Origin: Ktedonobacterales bacterium | GTDB lineage: Bacteria; Chloroflexota; Ktedonobacteria; Ktedonobacterales; JADMIN01 | Direction of reading: 5' to 3' | NCBI GenBank assembly: GCA_035310125.1 | Contig: DATGEP010000201.1 | Location: 15,684 to 79,683 of the forward strand | Length of the DNA stretch: 64,000 nt | Shown: in pieces, positions 59,455 through 64,000 of the stretch | Layout of the letters: each line of letters begins with the position of its first letter | Position numbering within the stretch: position 1 is the first letter of the stretch | The notes under the pieces: generated by a model | What the model saw: the letters and a program-made list of their open reading frames with translations, nothing else | Database searches by the model: none | Told to the model about the DNA's origin: nothing | Program-made: the position numbers and the translations under genes

Positions 59455-60162
59455 CTACCCTCGAAGCACATAGCCGACGCCGCGCACCGTCTGAATCAGT
59501 CGCGGCGGCGTATCGCCCAGTTTCTCGCGCAAGTGGCGAACGAAGACCTCGATGACATTATCATCACCCTCGTAATCATAGCCCCAGATGCGGGCGAGGA
59601 TGGCGTCGCGGGTCAGCACCTGGCGAGGGTGCATCAGGAACAGCTCCAGCAGCTCGAATTCGCGTGGCGTCAGCTCGATCTCGGCATCTCCGCGCGTCAC
59701 GATGCGCGTCTCACGGTCCAGCGTGACATCCTGAAATGACAACGTCCGGTCCAGATTGGTGCCGCGCCGGCGCAGCACAGCCCGCACCCGCGCCATCAGC
59801 TCCTTAAAGGCGAATGGCTTGGTGACGTAATCATCCGCGCCGGTATCCAACCCGGTCACTCGGTCGTCCACTTCATCGCGTGCCGTAAGCATGAGAATCG
59901 CAGCGTTGGTGGAGGAGCGCAAGCGCTTGGCGACCTCCAAGCCGCTCATGCCAGGCAGCATCACATCCAGGATAATGACATCCGGCTGATGGGCCAGCGC
60001 CGCGCGCACCGCCTCCGTGCCGTCCATGGCGACGGTTACCTCAAAGCCTTCATAGCCGAATCCCATGCGGAGAAACTCGACGATGTGCGGCTCGTCGTCC
60101 ACGATTAAAACGGTGGGGCGGTGCTGTCCGCCGCCCGTTGCATCACCGCGTAGTGCCGTCAT
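59455..60162 (-). CDS. OmpR-family response regulator
   Basis: The receiver domain reads VLIVDDEP...DVIILDVMLPGMSG and is followed by a winged-helix output (LTPREFELLELF...IQTVRGVGYVL). Confidence 0.95.
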   Translation of the reverse strand: MTALRGDATGGGQHRPTVLIVDDEPHIVEFLRMGFGYEGFEVTVAMDGTEAVRAALAHQPDVIILDVMLPGMSGLEVAKRLRSSTNAAILMLTARDEVDDRVTGLDTGADDYVTKPFAFKELMARVRAVLRRRGTNLDRTLSFQDVTLDRETRIVTRGDAEIELTPREFELLELFLMHPRQVLTRDAILARIWGYDYEGDDNVIEVFVRHLREKLGDTPPRLIQTVRGVGYVLRG

Positions 60163-60363
60163 TCCGAGGACTCCTTGCCAGGCTGTGAACTCCGCACCCT
60201 CCGCGTATAAAGCAATCGGTGCTGTGAAGGATGCCGTCTATTCGTACAGTAGACCACAAGCGGCGCCAGATCGCGCGAGGCCCGCTTTCAGCAGCCTCGC
60301 CCGGAGCGTACGACATGCCCCTGAAGACATACCGCCAATTCGCTGAAGGAACGCTGAAATGCG

Positions 60364-61143
60364 CTACCGAATGGGCAGCCCGACTGATGCGGGAAGATCA
60401 TCCATGCCCGCGGTGTCGCCAGGCAGCGCCCGTGCCGGCGGACGCAACCGGCGCGAGCGGATGGTCAGCAGCCAGCGGATTCCTACCGCCAGCAGCGGCA
60501 CGACTACGCCAAGAATCGTCACCAGCGCTAGCACCGTACCAAATGCGCCATCTTCCGCCAGATCGCCGCCGAACACACGGCCCAACAGGAGCATAGACAG
60601 CACATAGACCAGCTCCCCAGCGAAGTCCCAGGCCAGGAATATCAGTGGCTTCAACCGCGAGGCGCCCACGAGCACGCTAATGGGGCTGGCGACGGCGGTA
60701 AAGGCGAAGCGTGTGAAGAAGATCGCAAGGCCACCCCGCCGTTCGAGGAAATGGCGCGCCCGTTCCAGGCGCCCCCCCTGTAGGCGCCGGTGGCTCGCGA
60801 GCCATGCCAGCAGCGGCGCGCCGCCGAACCTGCCGGCGCCATAGTCTATTACATCACCCGCGACCGATCCCAGCGTGCCGAAAACGACCAGCAACGTGAA
60901 GTTGGGGCCGCCGCGCGCGCCGCTGACGGCGCCCAGAGCCAGCAGGAGACTCGTGAGGGGGATGGGCGTTCCGGCTGCCGCGATAAGCGCGACGCCGAGC
61001 AGCACTGGATATCCATACTGTGTCACCATCTGCGGCAGGCCCAATAAAACTACTCCCATGTGATCTCGTCCGACATCTTTCCAGAGGGCCGCCGCGGGCG
61101 TCAAAGACGTGTCTCTATCCACATAACGGTATATACGTCGCAT
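60364..61143 (-). CDS. DedA/SNARE-associated family membrane protein
   Basis: It reads YGYPVLLGVALIAAAGTPIPL and FFTRFAFTAVASPISVLVG. The start is uncertain. Confidence 0.7.
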   Translation of the reverse strand: MRRIYRYVDRDTSLTPAAALWKDVGRDHMGVVLLGLPQMVTQYGYPVLLGVALIAAAGTPIPLTSLLLALGAVSGARGGPNFTLLVVFGTLGSVAGDVIDYGAGRFGGAPLLAWLASHRRLQGGRLERARHFLERRGGLAIFFTRFAFTAVASPISVLVGASRLKPLIFLAWDFAGELVYVLSMLLLGRVFGGDLAEDGAFGTVLALVTILGVVVPLLAVGIRWLLTIRSRRLRPPARALPGDTAGMDDLPASVGLPIR

Positions 61144-61524
61144 CCTTCACATTCTGACACAGCATACTGAAAAATTGCCTGTCATTACCTTAGAGATGCA
61201 ACCGGCACGTGCAGGCGACGGAAGGGAGCAGCGCGCTACCGGGTTCGGGCGGACGGCGTGGGCGGGAGGCGGCGGGGTCGGCGCCGGGATCGGCACCCGT
61301 TGACCCACGCGCAGGCGCAGGCGGCACCGCCTCATCCGCGAGGCCTCCGTCTCGCACACGCTTGCCGGCTGCACCACTTAGCGAGATCTGAGAGTCGGCG
61401 TGGCGCGGACTTTCCATTCATTACACACGTTTCACGAAACCATGCGGGCTCTGTCAGCGTGTAAACAGTGAGGGAATGCTGTTCAAGCGACGTACATACA
61501 TGTGAGGAAAAGGAGAATACAAGC

Positions 61525-62067
61525 GTGCGAAACAATGGGAAGTTGGTGGCGATTAGTGTGCTGGTGTTTGTCGTGCTGGGAATAGGCGTGTTGGGATACG
61601 CACGCGCGAACAGCATCGCCGCGCTAACGGATCCGAACGATGTCACTCCCGCGGTAGCGACGGACGCTTCTCTGAACGGCCTCTGGTATGGGCCGTTGAG
61701 CATCACGCGCTTCGACACATCGGGCCATCCGTACGAACATCTCTCCGAGGCGTTCTATCTGAAGCTCGACCTGCATGCGGACCGCTCGATCTCGGGGACC
61801 TATACTACCTGCTCCTACACAAACTCGGTGAAGAGGAGCGCCCTCAACTCCTACACGATGGAAACCGGTGTGCTCAGTCCGAACGGCAAGACTATCAATC
61901 TCTATCTGTTCGCGCCGATGTACGGTACCGCCAGTGGGGATTCCCTGGCGCTTCAAGGCCAGCGCTACATGCCACACGGCGACGCCGTCACGGATTCCTA
62001 CGCTTCTACACTACATAAAGTGGCCGACAGCACGTACCTTTCCGCCTGCCATATCATCGAGGGCTGA
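61525..62067 (+). CDS. membrane-anchored hypothetical protein
   Basis: GTG 61525 follows AAAGGAGAA. An N-terminal transmembrane helix (LVAISVLVFVVLGIGVLGY) is followed by a domain of about 150 aa with no recognised motif. Confidence 0.5.
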   Translation: MRNNGKLVAISVLVFVVLGIGVLGYARANSIAALTDPNDVTPAVATDASLNGLWYGPLSITRFDTSGHPYEHLSEAFYLKLDLHADRSISGTYTTCSYTNSVKRSALNSYTMETGVLSPNGKTINLYLFAPMYGTASGDSLALQGQRYMPHGDAVTDSYASTLHKVADSTYLSACHIIEG

Positions 62068-62092
62068 GCGCCCTCCTCCTCCTGAAGCGAGT

Positions 62093-62491
62093 CTACCGGG
62101 CGGGATTCGCCACTATCGCGTCAGCCTCGATCTCGATGAGCAGCTCCGGGCTGATAAGGCGGCTCACCTCAACCATGGTAGCGGCGGGCGCAATCGCGCC
62201 GAAGAACTCTCCGTGCGCCCGGCCAATCTGCTCCCAATCTTCGATGTTGACGACGAACATTCGTGTTCGCACCACATCCTGCAGGCTTGCGCCCGCCTCC
62301 TCCAGGGCCGCTCCGATCTTTCGCAGCGTCGCAACTGTCTGAGCATATGGGTCGCCGGGGCCGAGCACGTTGCCATCCGGGTCAACGGCCGTCGTGCCTG
62401 CAACAGCGATAACGTTCCCCACACGGACCGCCCGTGAGTATCCAACCGTTGTCTCCCAATGCGTGCCAGTGCTGATATTGCTGCGCTCCAT
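62093..62491 (-). CDS. ridA: RidA/YjgF family protein
   Basis: 132 aa with a YjgF/YER057c/UK114 pattern (...[13 protein letters not shown]..., ...VEIEADAIV). Confidence 0.9.
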   Translation of the reverse strand: MERSNISTGTHWETTVGYSRAVRVGNVIAVAGTTAVDPDGNVLGPGDPYAQTVATLRKIGAALEEAGASLQDVVRTRMFVVNIEDWEQIGRAHGEFFGAIAPAATMVEVSRLISPELLIEIEADAIVANPAR

Positions 62492-62881
62492 AGCTCGCCT
62501 CCTCGCCGTTTCGGCGCTCCAGCCCCTCTAACCGGAGTGCGTGGATGTGTGCCATCACGTCGCGTTCTCCATCTGTAGTATACGTCCGCCTGATAGAGAA
62601 AATGAAGTGGAGAAGGGTGGCGAAATCCACGCTCCGCGTCAAGTCATCGGTTGCCAGGGCGCCCGGCCTGTGGTATCCTCATGCTCGCGCACACTGTCGT
62701 GAAACCGTCCATTTATCGCGATGGAGCGTGGGGCGATGTTGCCCTGACCGTTCCGCCGCATCTCGCGTTCCGGGCCGAGGATGGCGTCTCGGGGCGATGA
62801 CCGGGAGTACCGCACTCGATCTGTCCCCGAAAACGCGAGCGCTTCCAGCAAAAATATCCAGTGCAGTATTGAGGACCAATC

Positions 62882-64000
62882 CATGCCGCTAATGTCGCCG
62901 TCGCCCCACCACTCAGACGCCGCTGGCGCCGGAAAACCGGCGCTCGAAAGTCGTGAGCAAGGGGGCGGACTGCGCTCGTCACTGAGCGGCGAGGCCGAGA
63001 GCCTCTTCGCGCAGAGCGGCTCTATACCCGATTTCTTCGCCGCCGCGCTCGATGGCGCAATGGCTCTCGTGCGCGCCGACGGCGGCGAGATTGCCACGCT
63101 CGACGACACGCGGCACGTCTTTGTGCTGCGCGCACGGCGGACGCGCCCGCGCCTGGAGTCGCACCTGGGGCCATTCGGCGCGCCGGGCCGCGCCTCGCAG
63201 CCAGTGCTGCCGCCGCTGCCTACGCATCCCCTGGTCGGTCCCGCGCCAAGCCATTCCGGCGTTCTTGCGTCCATTCCGTCGCACCCCAGCTTTCCAAATG
63301 TGGAGGATGATGCGAACCCGTTTGACGAGATCGAGATTCAGTCCACACAGCTCCTGCCGGCTACGATGAATACCCGTACATACCGTAAGGGCGAACGGCT
63401 CATCGGGCTTACCTGGGAGCGCGGCGAGGCGATTCTCTTGAAGGGTGAGGATTGCCGGGCGCTGCCGGGTGGGTCCGCGCCGCCGGACCCCGATGCGCCT
63501 TGGCATCTGGCGGTGCCTATTCTACGCCCCAGCACACTCGCAATGACGCGCCCTGCCACCGATGTCATCGGCGTCATCGCCGTATACAACAGGGACCCGC
63601 TCTGGTCGTTCAGCCCACGCGACATGGAGCTCTTGATCCTCCATGCCGACCGCGTCGCCCGTGGAATGCTCGCCGCGGACCTCGCGCGCCAGAATGCCAG
63701 CCAGGCTGAGTTGCTGGATGTGCTGGGGTCCGACGTTGCCGGCGGTGATCCGCGAGCGCTCTATCCACGCCTGCGCGACGTGGTGCGGCGCATGATTGAC
63801 GCGCCTTCCTTCGCCGTAGCCCTCTACTTTCCCAGCAACGACGTCGTCTCGTTCGAGATTGCCGAACACGAAAACGTGAGTGTCCCGACCGGCCAGATCC
63901 TCGCCTCCCACCTGCCGCCGTGGTGGGGCGCCGTGTGGCGCGGCCAGACCGTGCGTGTCTCCACACCGGAGGAGCGAGCGCAACACCCCGAGCTATGTGT
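62882..64000 (+). CDS. GAF-domain-containing protein (continues beyond the right edge)
   Basis: Absent from the ORF track because it is open-ended. My translation from ATG 62882 is open for 373 codons to the window end: MPLMSPSPHH...FFAAALDGAMALVRADGGEIATLDD...VIGVIAVYNRDPLWSFSPRDMELLILHADRVA... These are GAF-like repeats. The long minus-strand ORFs here are shadows. Confidence 0.65.

Noticed and set aside
62639-63986. Three long minus-strand ORFs (62639..63274, 62979..63506, 63522..63986)
   Set aside because: All are antisense to an uninterrupted 373-codon plus-strand frame with GAF-like sequence that the ORF track omitted because it has no stop inside the window.

Overview
High-GC bacterial chromosomal window, about 90% coding. 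I cannot assign the lineage from sequence alone. The gene content would fit a Chloroflexota/Ktedonobacteria-like or actinobacterial organism, but that is a guess. The left two-thirds is mostly housekeeping. It holds a minus-strand oxidative pentose-phosphate operon (transaldolase/PGI fusion, gnd, zwf, opcA), ppdK, pyrG, an ECF sigma/ZAS anti-sigma pair, thiL, murF and comB. It also holds a translationally coupled acyl-CoA dehydrogenase/APH-type kinase pair, nusA-ylxR, a second acyl-CoA dehydrogenase, an Fsa-type transaldolase and an orphan GAF histidine kinase. A complete protein-thiocarboxylate cysteine module (rhodanese-ThiF E1, CysO-like carrier, CysM, JAMM protease) sits at 38.9-41.9 kb. 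The 42-54 kb stretch looks accessory.

- **Frameshifted oxidoreductase:** an orphan CoxL-like molybdopterin subunit carries a frameshift.
- **Likely selenoprotein (best find):** a B12-type radical SAM gene is cut short in the ORF track at an in-frame TGA. Read through, its C-terminus is WFC-U-AEP, a CUAEP-tail radical SAM selenoprotein. A hairpin starts at the UGA, and a YggX iron-trafficking gene overlaps its start codon.
- **Gene-poor stretch:** about 1.7 kb has no convincing gene and contains an AT-rich tandem 13-mer.
- **XRE plus ImmA/IrrE pair:** it faces a 510-aa HTH protein of unknown function across a perfect 21-bp palindrome.

The right end carries three more small genes, an OmpR-type two-component system, the second and third of the window's three DedA paralogues, RidA and a GAF protein that runs off the window. 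Four-base ATGA stop/start overlaps recur at 664-667, 16738-16741, 28177-28180 and 47795-47798, with a related ATGnnTGA overlap at 41449-41455. I recognised no rRNA, tRNA, CRISPR array, transposase or integrase by eye. All family assignments rest on motif and pattern recognition in the translations, not on database searches.
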